Position numbers and translations under genes: made by a program
Assembly (NCBI GenBank): GCA_035534915.1
Contig: DATLQZ010000074.1
Location: 6,167 to 70,166, forward strand
Length of the DNA: 64,000 bases
From: Candidatus Dormiibacterota bacterium
Lineage (GTDB): Bacteria > Chloroflexota > Dormibacteria > Aeolococcales > Bog-877
Reading direction: 5' to 3'
Notes under the pieces: model-generated
Databases searched by the model: none
The model's input: only the letters and a program-made list of their open reading frames with translations
Told to the model about the DNA's origin: nothing
Shown: positions 9,126-18,186 of the stretch, piece after piece
How positions within the stretch are numbered: the stretch's first letter is position 1
Layout: each line of letters begins with the position of its first letter

Positions 9126-10880
9126 ATGTCGAAACTACTTTACGTCGAGCCCACTGACGAGATCACGGATCTGGTCGACAGGATCCGCCGAGCCGAAGGG
9201 GAGCGGGATCTGGTCTTCGTCGTGCCCCCCGATGCGCGGGTGCTTCGATCGGCGCTCGACCTCCAGCTGCTGATGCAGTACACGAGGGGTTTCCAGAAGC
9301 GAGTAGGGCTGGTGACCGCGGACCCCCAGGTGCAGGCGATGGCGATGCGGACGGGGTTTCCCACGTTCCCTTCCGTCTCGCGGATGGAGCAGGGGCTACC
9401 TCTCACCTCTGTACCGGTGGCTGCTGAGGCTGGAGCTGTGGGCGCGGCAGCGCTGGTCGGTGCAGCAGCCGCCACCGCGGTCGCCGCTCCACCCCAGGCG
9501 TCGGCGGAGAGATCGCTGGCCCGAAGGGGCCCATCCGCGATGGTTGCCGCTCCTGCGGCGCTGGGGGCCGGAGCCAAGCGCTGGTGGCAGGAACCGAATG
9601 CGAGGAACTGGAGCATTGGGGTCGGGGCGGGGATCTTCGTGGTGGGCCTTCTGGCCGTACTGCTGTTGCTGCCCACCGCCACCATCACCGTGGGCGTGCA
9701 GGCGCACCGACTGACCGACAGCGTCACGATTCAGGGCCAGGTGGGGGGTCAGTCCGGTAGCGTTCTCGATGTCATTCCGGTGGAGGCGCTGCTGACCCCG
9801 ACCGAGACTCAGACCTTCAGCATCAGCCCCAGCGGCACTCAGGTACTGCCCCCGACCCCGGCGACCGGGAGTCTGTATCTGTGCTACACCTATACAGGAC
9901 ATGGGTCCTCTCCGGCCAGTGCCACGCTCACCTTCACAGGGACCGTTACACCTGAGTTCTCCGATCAGAGTGGTAGCGGCAACCTTGGTTTCACCTCAAC
10001 TCCAGGGGGGCTGAATGGCTCCTACACCATTCAGCGGTGCCAGAGCGGTCAGGCGACCTCGTCTACGTCTAGTCCGGCCCTGCCATCGCAGGCGGACACC
10101 AACAGCCTGGGAACGCAGGGCAACGTCGGGTCGGACCAGCAATGGGGGTGGGCTGCCAGCAACCTGCAGTCGAGCACCTGTATTAGCCCGACCGGTACCA
10201 ATAACTGTCTCCTGACCGACGTCATGAACGTTTCGCTTGCTAACCCTTCAGCGATGTCCGGGGGCCAGAACTCCACCACTCAGACGATCTTCTCCAGCTC
10301 TGATGTCTCATCGGCCCAGACCCAGGAGCAGCAGATAGCCGCCACCTTGACCTCGAAGGTGGAGCAGGCCCTGAAGTCGCTGGCGGGATCCTCCAACGTC
10401 ATCGCGCAGGACTCGAGCGGGAACGGAATCCAGATAACGGTGACGGGCCCAACCTTGCCGACCGTGGGGCAGGCGGGTCAGCAGCAGACGCTCACGGTCT
10501 CAGTGAGTGCGGCTGCTACCGCCTACAGTCCAGCCACCGCCAAGGCTGCGGTGCTCGCTGATCTCAAGTCGAAGGTTCCGAGCGACGGCTCGCTGCTGGC
10601 GAGCCCGCAGACCGGCCAGATCCAGGTGGTGTCGGCGGGGCCTGGCGGGACGCTGACTCTGTCTTCCAACGCCTCTGGGTACTGGGCGCCCAAGGTGGAT
10701 CTCAGCCCATATCGGAGCAAGGTCACCTTCATGAGTCCCGGTTCGGCGCGCACGTACCTGCTTTCGCAGCTTCCCGGGGCCAGCACGGTGGTCGTTCATC
10801 AGTCGCCCTTTGGATTGCCTTGGCTGCCGCTTATCTCGGGCCGAATTAAAATCGTCCGTGAGTCGGTGACGAGCGGTTAG
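9126..10880 (+). CDS. hypothetical bitopic membrane protein with Ser/Thr/Gln-rich extracytoplasmic region
   Basis: 584-aa ORF. It has a structured-looking N-terminal soluble domain (MSKLLYVEPTDEITDLVDRIRRAEGERDLVFVVPP), an Ala-rich linker and one predicted TM helix (WSIGVGAGIFVVGLLAVLLLLP). About 400 aa rich in S/T/Q/G follow. No family recognised. Confidence 0.6.
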   Translation: MSKLLYVEPTDEITDLVDRIRRAEGERDLVFVVPPDARVLRSALDLQLLMQYTRGFQKRVGLVTADPQVQAMAMRTGFPTFPSVSRMEQGLPLTSVPVAAEAGAVGAAALVGAAAATAVAAPPQASAERSLARRGPSAMVAAPAALGAGAKRWWQEPNARNWSIGVGAGIFVVGLLAVLLLLPTATITVGVQAHRLTDSVTIQGQVGGQSGSVLDVIPVEALLTPTETQTFSISPSGTQVLPPTPATGSLYLCYTYTGHGSSPASATLTFTGTVTPEFSDQSGSGNLGFTSTPGGLNGSYTIQRCQSGQATSSTSSPALPSQADTNSLGTQGNVGSDQQWGWAASNLQSSTCISPTGTNNCLLTDVMNVSLANPSAMSGGQNSTTQTIFSSSDVSSAQTQEQQIAATLTSKVEQALKSLAGSSNVIAQDSSGNGIQITVTGPTLPTVGQAGQQQTLTVSVSAAATAYSPATAKAAVLADLKSKVPSDGSLLASPQTGQIQVVSAGPGGTLTLSSNASGYWAPKVDLSPYRSKVTFMSPGSARTYLLSQLPGASTVVVHQSPFGLPWLPLISGRIKIVRESVTSG

Positions 10881-10905
10881 TGGTCTTTTCGGTTGCCGGG
10901 CGGCT

Positions 10906-11331
10906 GTGAGCAGAGGCCGAATCCTGGCGCTGGACCCGGGCAGAGTCAGGGTGGGGGTCGCCGTCAGCGACGAGACCAGGACGATCGCGCAGCCCCACAG
11001 CACCCTGTTGCGTCGGGGAGATAGGAGGCTGATGGTCGAAATCGTGGGACTGGTGCATTCACTTGAGGTGACCGAGATCGTGGTGGGACTCCCGCTCCAA
11101 ATGGACGGGTCGAGCGGGCCGTCAGCGGAAGAGGCTCGCGCCTTCGGCGACGCGGTGTCCCGGGCGACCGGGCTCCCTGTGGGCTTTGCCGACGAGCGGT
11201 TGACCACCAAACAGGCGGAGAAGATGATGCTCGAGCAGGGCGCCTCGCGACAGGTTCGCAGGGAGGCCGGCGACCGCGTTGCGGCTGCCCTTCTACTTCA
11301 GGCTGTGATGGCGGGAGGGCCTCTGCTTTGA
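10906..11331 (+). CDS. ruvX: putative pre-16S rRNA nuclease / Holliday junction resolvase-like YqgF
   Basis: 141 aa. RILALDPGRVRVGVAVSD is the YqgF RNase-H-fold N-terminus and a DERLTT motif is present. The stop overlaps the mltG start (TTGA). Confidence 0.9.
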   Translation: MSRGRILALDPGRVRVGVAVSDETRTIAQPHSTLLRRGDRRLMVEIVGLVHSLEVTEIVVGLPLQMDGSSGPSAEEARAFGDAVSRATGLPVGFADERLTTKQAEKMMLEQGASRQVRREAGDRVAAALLLQAVMAGGPLL

Positions 11332-12353
11332 TCCGGCGGCATCCTTGGCGCACGACGTTTGCTTTGCTGTTGGTCATCCTGCTGGGGTCGGCGGGGGTAA
11401 TCGGGGTGATGGCGCGGCGGGGCCTTGAGCCAGTTCAGAACAATCAGCGGCAGCAGGTGGTTGTGACCGTCGGCAGCAATGAGTCACTCTCCAACGTCGT
11501 GTCGACTCTGGGACGTGACCACTTGGTGCGGTCGCAGCTTTTCTTTCAGCTTTATGCGGAAGTCAAGGGGCTCGGCTCCAACCTGCACCCGGGCAAGTTC
11601 ATCCTCGACCGGGGCATGGGTCCAGCGGAACTGCTAGCGGTCTTGGAGGGGCCGGCAGCAGTGCTGCCAATCGATGTCACGGTCCCCGACGGGCTGAGAG
11701 CGCAGCAGGAGGCCTCCCTGCTTCAGGCAAACGGATTATTCTCAGCGGCGAGCTACATCGCCCAGGTCAGATCCGGGCAGTTTGCGGGGATCACCCAGCT
11801 TTCGGGAGCCCCAGCCGGAGCCAGCTGGGAGGGGATGGCCTTCGGCGACACCTTCCAGGTGAGCCCAAATGTCTCCGCTCAGCGGTTACTTCAGCTGCAA
11901 CTGCAGGACTTCGAGCGCAGGGCCGCTCCATCCATCACAGCCGGCGCAGCGAAGGTTGGACTGACCCCCTACCAAGTGGTGGTGCTGGCGTCGATCGTGG
12001 AGGCGGAGGCCACGACTCAGAAGGACCGGAATCTGGTGGCGGGGGTCTTCTTCAACCGAATCCACCAGGGGATGCCCCTCCAGAGTGACGTCACGGTGCT
12101 CTATGCGATGGCGGCGGCTGGTCAGTCGAGTGCTCCCTTCAGCACCACTTTCCCGTCACCCTACAACACCTATGCCCACACCGGGCTTCCGCCGGGCCCG
12201 ATCGACAGCCCAGGGCTGTCAGCGATCTCCGCTGTGCTCGCGCCCACGGCAACCAACTATCTCTATTTCGTCTCCCTGCCCAACGGCAAGATGCTCTTCG
12301 CGGTGACGGCCGCCCAGCATCAGCAGCAGGTGCAGCAGGCCGGCCTGGGGTGA
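11328..12353 (+). CDS. mltG: endolytic murein transglycosylase, YceG-like
   Basis: 341 aa with an N-terminal TM helix (TTFALLLVILLGSAGVIGVM). The YceG domain carries FFNRIHQGMPLQSDVTVLYA and YNTYAHTGLPPGPIDSPG. Confidence 0.9.
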   Translation: MIRRHPWRTTFALLLVILLGSAGVIGVMARRGLEPVQNNQRQQVVVTVGSNESLSNVVSTLGRDHLVRSQLFFQLYAEVKGLGSNLHPGKFILDRGMGPAELLAVLEGPAAVLPIDVTVPDGLRAQQEASLLQANGLFSAASYIAQVRSGQFAGITQLSGAPAGASWEGMAFGDTFQVSPNVSAQRLLQLQLQDFERRAAPSITAGAAKVGLTPYQVVVLASIVEAEATTQKDRNLVAGVFFNRIHQGMPLQSDVTVLYAMAAAGQSSAPFSTTFPSPYNTYAHTGLPPGPIDSPGLSAISAVLAPTATNYLYFVSLPNGKMLFAVTAAQHQQQVQQAGLG

Positions 12354-12390
12354 CCGGAGCGCCATCTCCTCATCTGCCGGAGCAGCTCCG

Positions 12391-13056
12391 GTGAAACTTC
12401 TGGAAGCTGCGGGCTGGGGGGTCCTGGGGGCTGGCTTAGCCATCGGAGTCGGACTCCTCTCTTTGCGGTTGGAGCGAGGAATCGGGGAGGCCGAGCCAGG
12501 TGAGACCATGGGCAGAAGCTGGATTGAAAGCTACCTGTTGCCCGGCCTTGGACTTCTCGGTTTCTTCATGTTTGCCGCCCGCGAGGGCTTTGGCGCTGAC
12601 CTCTGGATCCACAGCCTATGGATCTTGATTCTGATCCAGATGCTCGGATTTGATCTCAAACACCGCCTCATCCTCGACGTGGTTACCGCTCCCTCGATCG
12701 TGGTGGCGCTGGTTCTTTCCACCTTCAGCCCCGACCTCAACATCGGCAGATCTCTGTTCGGGATAGCGGTGGGCGGCGGGGTGTTGCTGCCGTTTGCGCT
12801 GGTCAGCTCCATCTTCCATCAAGGCCAGGGGTTTGGATGGGGCGATGTGAAACTGGGGATGGTGATCGGCGCGATCACCGGCATGAGCCTGAACTACGGA
12901 GCTCTGTACACCCTTTGGGCCCTCATCGCGGGTACTCTGATTGGGGGGGTGATCACCGTTGGGTTGCTGGCCACCAGGCGCCTGGGCCTGCGTGACTCCG
13001 TTCCTTACGGACCCTTCCTGATCATCGGGTGCGGGGTCATCCTCTACTTCATGTGA
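12391..13056 (+). CDS. A24-family prepilin peptidase-like membrane protease
   Basis: 221 aa, multi-TM, with the A24 aspartyl-protease signature GFGWGDVKLGMVIGAITG and an earlier Asp region (LGFDLKHRLILD). There is no N-terminal methyltransferase domain and no pilin gene nearby. Confidence 0.75.
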   Translation: MKLLEAAGWGVLGAGLAIGVGLLSLRLERGIGEAEPGETMGRSWIESYLLPGLGLLGFFMFAAREGFGADLWIHSLWILILIQMLGFDLKHRLILDVVTAPSIVVALVLSTFSPDLNIGRSLFGIAVGGGVLLPFALVSSIFHQGQGFGWGDVKLGMVIGAITGMSLNYGALYTLWALIAGTLIGGVITVGLLATRRLGLRDSVPYGPFLIIGCGVILYFM

Positions 13057-14530
13057 GGGTGAATCCCTCGGGCCTGCCTCGGGCAGATTCCACCATCTCG
13101 AAGAGGGCGGAAATCGGCTCTGCGGCCAGCGTACGCCCCTCCTCTTTCTTCAGCCAACGGATGGCGTCGTCGTTTTCCATCCCGCGCCTGTAGGGGCGGT
13201 CCGCGGTGAGGGCTTCGAACACATCGGCCACGGCCACGATCTGAGCTCCGAAGGTAAGGTCAGGGCCGCGGAGGTGACGGTGGTACCCGGATCCGTCCAG
13301 CCGCTCGTGGTGTGATGCCGCCATCTCGGCGACGTCGCCCAGCGGCCATAGCGGTGCAAGTATCTGGTAGGTGATATCGGTGTGGCTCTGCATTTCCATC
13401 ATTTCGCCGGCGTCGAGGGGGCCCGCCTTGTCAAGGATGGAGTTGCTGACCGCCAGCTTCCCGAGATCGTGGAGCAGTGCAGCCAGCCCGATGTGGTCCG
13501 CTTCGTCCTCGTCCAGCCCCATGACGTTGGCCATCCGGCGCGACAAGAGGGCAGTCCTGGTTGAGTGGGTCGTGGTCCAGGGCGACTTGGCGTCCACCAC
13601 CGCGGCGAATACCTGCCCGATCTGCATCATCTCAACCAGCGTCGCCGAGGGAATCTTGCGAGGACGGGGGTCGAGATGGGCGACCTGTTCGGGGTGGGAG
13701 ATCGCCCCAAAGCGGTCCCACAGTTTGTCACTGCGGGCGTGGGTCAGAACCGCATCCACGAGTTGGGGATCGAACCAGCTGCCCCTCCGCCGCCGAAGCA
13801 CCGCTTCTACGCTTCTCCGCCCGCCGTGGCGCCAGAAGATCTCCGCGGTTTGGGCCAACAGCGCGATCCTGCTCAGGACGGGGATTTCCTCGCCTTTGAG
13901 ACCCCTCGGGCGGCCTGAGCCATTCCAGTGCTCATCCAGGCACAGGACGGCCTCGGCGGACGGCTCGGCCCATCCCAACTGGCGCACCAACTCCGCTCCC
14001 CTGGTGCAGCGCACCTGGACGAGCTCATTGGCGAGGCTGGGCCCCCGAGACCCCAGCGCTACCAGCTGTGCCATGCGCCGAGTGATCGGCGCTGCCGGGG
14101 CTGTCTGGCGGATGGCGAACAGCACTGAGCGCCACTGGCTCCCCCAGTCGGACACCTTCAGCTGGGCCTTGGTGGAGCGATCGTCCGCAGCGAACCAGTG
14201 GGTGACACTGTAGGCGTTGGCGGAGCAACCGGCGTCCTTGAGCAGCAGGGCGTAAAAGAGGTCCTGGCGTTCCTCGGGGCCCAGTCCCACCCAGTCCCCA
14301 ATCCTCATCCCCAGCCAGCAGGCGCGAATGGCATGCCCCATCGGCTCGCCCTCTGCCAAGTCGAGGGCGCGGGACAAAGAGGCGATGACGACCGAGCTCG
14401 AGAGGGTCCCGGCGCGGTCTGCGCGAAGTGGGGTGGAGACGGCGCTGGCGCTCATTGCCCAAAAGGATGATGGAGATGGTCGCCGCCCCCGGTCGCGGAT
14501 CTGCACCAGCTCTTGAAGAGGCTGTAGCAA
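13049..14530 (-). CDS. tandem HD-GYP-domain protein (one degenerate plus one near-canonical domain)
   Basis: 493 aa. The C-terminal half has AALLHDLGKLAV, HHERLDGSGYHRHL and VADVFEALTADRPYR. The N-terminal half is a degenerate copy (ALLLKDAGCS, LDEHWNGSGRPRGLKGEEIP). Confidence 0.8.
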   Translation of the reverse strand: MLQPLQELVQIRDRGRRPSPSSFWAMSASAVSTPLRADRAGTLSSSVVIASLSRALDLAEGEPMGHAIRACWLGMRIGDWVGLGPEERQDLFYALLLKDAGCSANAYSVTHWFAADDRSTKAQLKVSDWGSQWRSVLFAIRQTAPAAPITRRMAQLVALGSRGPSLANELVQVRCTRGAELVRQLGWAEPSAEAVLCLDEHWNGSGRPRGLKGEEIPVLSRIALLAQTAEIFWRHGGRRSVEAVLRRRRGSWFDPQLVDAVLTHARSDKLWDRFGAISHPEQVAHLDPRPRKIPSATLVEMMQIGQVFAAVVDAKSPWTTTHSTRTALLSRRMANVMGLDEDEADHIGLAALLHDLGKLAVSNSILDKAGPLDAGEMMEMQSHTDITYQILAPLWPLGDVAEMAASHHERLDGSGYHRHLRGPDLTFGAQIVAVADVFEALTADRPYRRGMENDDAIRWLKKEEGRTLAAEPISALFEMVESARGRPEGFTLT

Positions 14531-14714
14531 AGACTGTCCGACCCCGTCATGAGTACCGCTCCGACGGGCACCGTGCCCACACCTCGTGCGAAGCTGCCAT
14601 CATCAGGCGGCGGCCACGGTATCGTGGGGCTTCGCGGGGCGGGCTTGGGATGAAAACCAGACCGCCGCAAGGGCTGTCGGTCGCCGGTGCCGTGGATGTC
14701 GAAGGAGGTGTCGG

Positions 14715-15275
14715 ATGATCAACGCCGGTGAGCTGAGGGCGGGCACAACAGTCGAGCGCAACGGCCAGCTCATGGAGGTGCTCTCGTTCGAGCACATCAA
14801 GCTCGGCCGTGGCACCGCCGTGGTCCGGACTAGGCTCCGCAACCTGACAACTGGGTCCGTGACCGAGGAGACGTTTCGTCCGGAGGAGCGATTTCCCCGT
14901 GCCCGGATTGAGAAGGTCGAGGTCCAGTACCTGTATCACGACGGCGACCAGCACGTGGTGATGGACACCACCAACTTCGAACAGTTCACCATCGGAGCTG
15001 AGCAGTTCGCCGAGGCGGCGAAGTGGATCAGGGAGTCGGACAACCTGTTTCTGCTGCGCTACGACGACAGGACTCTCGGCGTGGAGGTCCCTATCTCGGT
15101 GGCGCTGGAGGTCACCCAGACAGATCCGGGTTTCAAGGGCGACACGGCGACCGGAACTTTCAAGCCGGCGACGCTGGAGACGGGAGTTGTGGTGGACGTT
15201 CCGCTGTTCGTCACTACCGGCGAGCGAATCAAGGTCGACACGAGAACTGGCAAGTACTCGGAGCGCGCTCAGTGA
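14715..15275 (+). CDS. efp: elongation factor P
   Basis: ATG 14715 is preceded by GAAGGAGG (14701-14708). 186 aa: MINAGELRAGTTVERNGQLMEVLSFEHIKLGRGTAVVRTRLRNL and KPATLETGVVVDVPLFV. The track start 14586 is an unsupported upstream extension. Confidence 0.93.
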   Translation: MINAGELRAGTTVERNGQLMEVLSFEHIKLGRGTAVVRTRLRNLTTGSVTEETFRPEERFPRARIEKVEVQYLYHDGDQHVVMDTTNFEQFTIGAEQFAEAAKWIRESDNLFLLRYDDRTLGVEVPISVALEVTQTDPGFKGDTATGTFKPATLETGVVVDVPLFVTTGERIKVDTRTGKYSERAQ

Positions 15276-15634
15276 CACCAGCCATCCCGGTGCGGGAGAG
15301 GCCTCTGGGCAAGGTCAGGGTGGCCAGCGAGGTTGTCTCCTCGATCGCTGCGATGGGGGCGCTCGGGACCCCTGGGGTGGCGGCGATGTGCGAGCCGTCC
15401 GGGGTGCCTGTCCCTCGCCTCTTACGCGGTCAGCATGGACATCGTGGGGTCCGGCTGGAGATGATCGGATCCTCGGCGATCAAGGTGGAGCTCTTCATCG
15501 CCATCACTCCTTCCGCTTCGCTGCCCGAACTCGCGGGCGAGCTGCAAAAGCGGGTGGCACGGGATCTCCACAAAATGCTGGGGCTGGAAGTGGTAGAGAT
15601 CAACCTCCACGTGCTTGAAATGGCGGGAGGGTGA
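15272..15634 (+). CDS. Asp23/Gls24-family envelope stress protein
   Basis: GTG 15272 overlaps the efp stop (GTGA). 120 aa; VRVASEVVSSIAAMGALGTPGVAAM, KVELFIAI and LGLEVVEINLHV match the Asp23 (DUF322) family. Confidence 0.8.
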   Translation: MTPAIPVRERPLGKVRVASEVVSSIAAMGALGTPGVAAMCEPSGVPVPRLLRGQHGHRGVRLEMIGSSAIKVELFIAITPSASLPELAGELQKRVARDLHKMLGLEVVEINLHVLEMAGG

Positions 15635-15637
15635 TCA

Positions 15638-16096
15638 GTGGGGCCCCGCCACCAGGCTCGGGAGGTCGCGCTGCGGGTGCTCTTTCAGATTGAGTCCGGG
15701 CCGGGAGAGTGGGGGTCGGCCCTCGCCTACCATCTGGAGGCGGAAGGATTGGACACAGAGGCTGGCCAATTCGCCCGGCTACTGGTGGCCGGGGTGTTTG
15801 AGCATTTGGGGGAGATTGACGCCCTGCTGACCTCCTCCTCTTCCAACTGGAAGCTGGATCAGATGGGGGCCGTGGAAAGGGCGGTGCTGCGGCTGGGGTG
15901 CGAGGAGTTGGTGTGGCAGCGAACTGAGCCGGTGCCCGTCGTGATTGACGAGGCAATTCGCTTGGCCAAGGAGATGGCCGGCCCGGATGCGGGAAGGTTC
16001 GTCAACGGCGTCCTCGGTCATCTGGCGAAGTCGAGTGGCCCAGATGGGAGGGGGAGAGCTGGTGCTGGCACCGGTCCGAGTATTACAGGTAGGTGA
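15638..16096 (+). CDS. nusB: transcription antitermination factor NusB
   Basis: 152 aa from GTG 15638. HQAREVALRVLFQIE, PVPVVIDEAIRLAKEMAG and FVNGVLG are NusB hallmarks. It follows efp, as in many Gram-positive genomes. Confidence 0.9.
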   Translation: MGPRHQAREVALRVLFQIESGPGEWGSALAYHLEAEGLDTEAGQFARLLVAGVFEHLGEIDALLTSSSSNWKLDQMGAVERAVLRLGCEELVWQRTEPVPVVIDEAIRLAKEMAGPDAGRFVNGVLGHLAKSSGPDGRGRAGAGTGPSITGR

Positions 16097-17381
16097 GCTC
16101 AACTCGCTCATCCGGGCTGACCTTGAGGAGGATCCCGATCTCGGTGATCTCTATGTCGAGGCTGAGATCGGGACGTGCACCCGCTCCGCCGCAGGTCACC
16201 GGTACCTGACGCTCAAGGACGGCCGGCCAGGTCTTTCGGAGCCGGCGTCGATCAAGGCGGTGCTCTTCCGGGCGGCAGGTCGAAACCTCACCTTCGAGCC
16301 GGAGACCGGTCAGCGCGTCATAGCTCACGGACGGATCTCCTTCTACCTCTCCCGAGGCGACGTCCAACTCTACCTGGATCGTTTGGAGCCCACGGGGGTG
16401 GGAGCGCTCGCAGTTGCCTTTCAGCAGCTGGTGGCGAGACTGGAGGCTGAGGGCCTCTTCGCCCCGGAGCGCAAGCGCCCACTTCCGTTCCTGCCTAGGC
16501 GACTGGTGGTTGTGACCTCGCCGAGGGGTGCTGCCGTCCGCGACGTGCTTCAGGTGATCGGCCGCAGGTGCCCCATCACCGAGGTGGTGGTGGTGCCTAC
16601 GCTGGTGCAGGGGGAGGGCAGCCCAGCCGCGATAGTGGAGGCACTCAGGCTGGCCGAGATGGCCGCCCCTGACGTGATCCTCCTGGTGCGCGGGGGAGGC
16701 TCGCATGAGGACCTGCAGGCATTCAACACCGAGGTGGTGGCGCGGGCGGTGGCGGAGCTGAGTCATCCGGTGGTGACCGGAGTCGGCCATGAGACCGACA
16801 CCACTGTCGTCGACTTCGTCTCGGATCTGCGGGCAGCGACTCCCTCGGTCGCCGCTGAGCTGGCTGTCCCCGACCTGGAAGGGCTGAAGGCGGAGGTCCT
16901 CGCCCGGCGGCTTCGACTTCATCGGTCGGGTACGGGACGGCTGTTGTTGGAACGCCAGGCACTGGGGCGCTTGGAGGGGCGTCTTGGTCGGCTGGCGCCG
17001 AGAGCTCGGGTGGCAGCGGGACGGCAGGATCTCGACAGGCGTGCGGCGCGGCTGGAGGCAGCCGCCAAAAGAATCTTGGTTCAGGCGAGCGTGCAGGTCA
17101 GATCGCGCCGCGGGCTGCTCGATGCCCGCGGTCCGTTGTCCCGCCTTCTACGGGCGCGCGAAGAGTTCACAGGCAGGGTCGGGCGGTTGGAGGCACTCAG
17201 CCCGTTGCGGGTCCTGGGGCGCGGTTACTCGATAACCTTGCTGGCGGAGGCTGGCCAGGTGGTCCGGGATCCTTCTCAGGTTGTGCCGGGCGATCAGCTG
17301 GTCACCAGACTGCAGCGGGGCAGTCTCCGAAGCACGGTGCTGGATTCGAAGCGTATAGAAGGGGTGGCCGATGGAACCTGA
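16044..17381 (+). CDS. xseA: exodeoxyribonuclease VII large subunit
   Basis: It has an OB-fold N-terminus (VLQVGELNSLIRADLEEDPDLGDLYVEAEIG), a catalytic core (VVVTSPRGAAVRDVLQVIGRRCP, LVRGGGSHEDLQAFN) and a coiled-coil tail. ATG 16044 was chosen; GTG 16062 is possible, and the track start 15945 lies inside nusB. Confidence 0.88.
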   Translation: MGGGELVLAPVRVLQVGELNSLIRADLEEDPDLGDLYVEAEIGTCTRSAAGHRYLTLKDGRPGLSEPASIKAVLFRAAGRNLTFEPETGQRVIAHGRISFYLSRGDVQLYLDRLEPTGVGALAVAFQQLVARLEAEGLFAPERKRPLPFLPRRLVVVTSPRGAAVRDVLQVIGRRCPITEVVVVPTLVQGEGSPAAIVEALRLAEMAAPDVILLVRGGGSHEDLQAFNTEVVARAVAELSHPVVTGVGHETDTTVVDFVSDLRAATPSVAAELAVPDLEGLKAEVLARRLRLHRSGTGRLLLERQALGRLEGRLGRLAPRARVAAGRQDLDRRAARLEAAAKRILVQASVQVRSRRGLLDARGPLSRLLRAREEFTGRVGRLEALSPLRVLGRGYSITLLAEAGQVVRDPSQVVPGDQLVTRLQRGSLRSTVLDSKRIEGVADGT

Positions 17382-17670
17382 ACTGGAACTCCCTCCTGCC
17401 CCTCCGGAGGGACAGGAGGGTCTCGACTACGAAGCCGCTCTCGGAGAGTTGGACGCAGTCCTGGCCAAGTTGGAAGAAGGGAGGGTGCCTCTGGAGGAGG
17501 CGATGGCGCTCTATGAGCGGGGCGTTTCCCTGGTACGGCGCTGCTCTCTCCTTCTGGACGGAGCGGAGCGCCGGGTAACCGAGCTCTCGATGGACCCAGA
17601 CGGGCTGCTGGCGGAGCGGCCCTTCGAGGTCGGTTCTGCAGCCGATACCACGGCCCCTGGGGCGGCCTGA
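17371..17670 (+). CDS. xseB: exodeoxyribonuclease VII small subunit
   Basis: 99 aa. LDYEAALGELDAVLAKLEEGRVPLEEAMALYERGVSLVRRC matches XseB. It overlaps the xseA end by 11 nt. Confidence 0.85.
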   Translation: MEPELELPPAPPEGQEGLDYEAALGELDAVLAKLEEGRVPLEEAMALYERGVSLVRRCSLLLDGAERRVTELSMDPDGLLAERPFEVGSAADTTAPGAA

Positions 17671-17679
17671 CTCAACCAG

Positions 17680-18111
17680 GTGGGCTCGCTCCTGTCAAAT
17701 CAGTTCATCTGGGTCCCCGCTCTCGCCTGGGCGGTCGCGCAGGTGCTCAAGGTGGCGACTGACTCGTGGAGGCGACATCGATTCAGCGTGCGCTCGATCG
17801 GGTTATCTGGTGGCATGCCGAGCTCACACACCGCCATGACCGTCTGCCTGACTACCATTCTGGGCAGAAAGCTGGGTATGGGCTCGCCGGTGTTTGCGGC
17901 GGCGGTAGTCCTCACCGTGGTTGTGGTCTACGACGCCACCGGCGTGCGCCGGGCAGCGGGACAGCAGGGGCTGATACTCAACCAGATGATCGAGGATCTC
18001 CGTAGCCACCTCGGCCTTCGCTACGAGCGGGTGCGCGCCTTCCTGGGGCACACCCCGTATGAGGTGCTGGCCGGGCTCTTACTGGGTTTCCTGATCGGGA
18101 TGGTCTTTTGA
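17680..18111 (+). CDS. divergent PAP2 / DUF212-family membrane protein
   Basis: 143 aa. GGMPSSHTAM, VVVYDATGVRRAAGQQG and LGHTPYEVLAG match the family related to acid phosphatases and vanadium haloperoxidases. Confidence 0.75.
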   Translation: MGSLLSNQFIWVPALAWAVAQVLKVATDSWRRHRFSVRSIGLSGGMPSSHTAMTVCLTTILGRKLGMGSPVFAAAVVLTVVVVYDATGVRRAAGQQGLILNQMIEDLRSHLGLRYERVRAFLGHTPYEVLAGLLLGFLIGMVF

Positions 18112-18186
18112 CGTGGGTCGCCATCCCGTCTCAGGACCTAACATCCTGAGACTCATGCTGCGCACACTCTCCACCTGGAGACCCGA

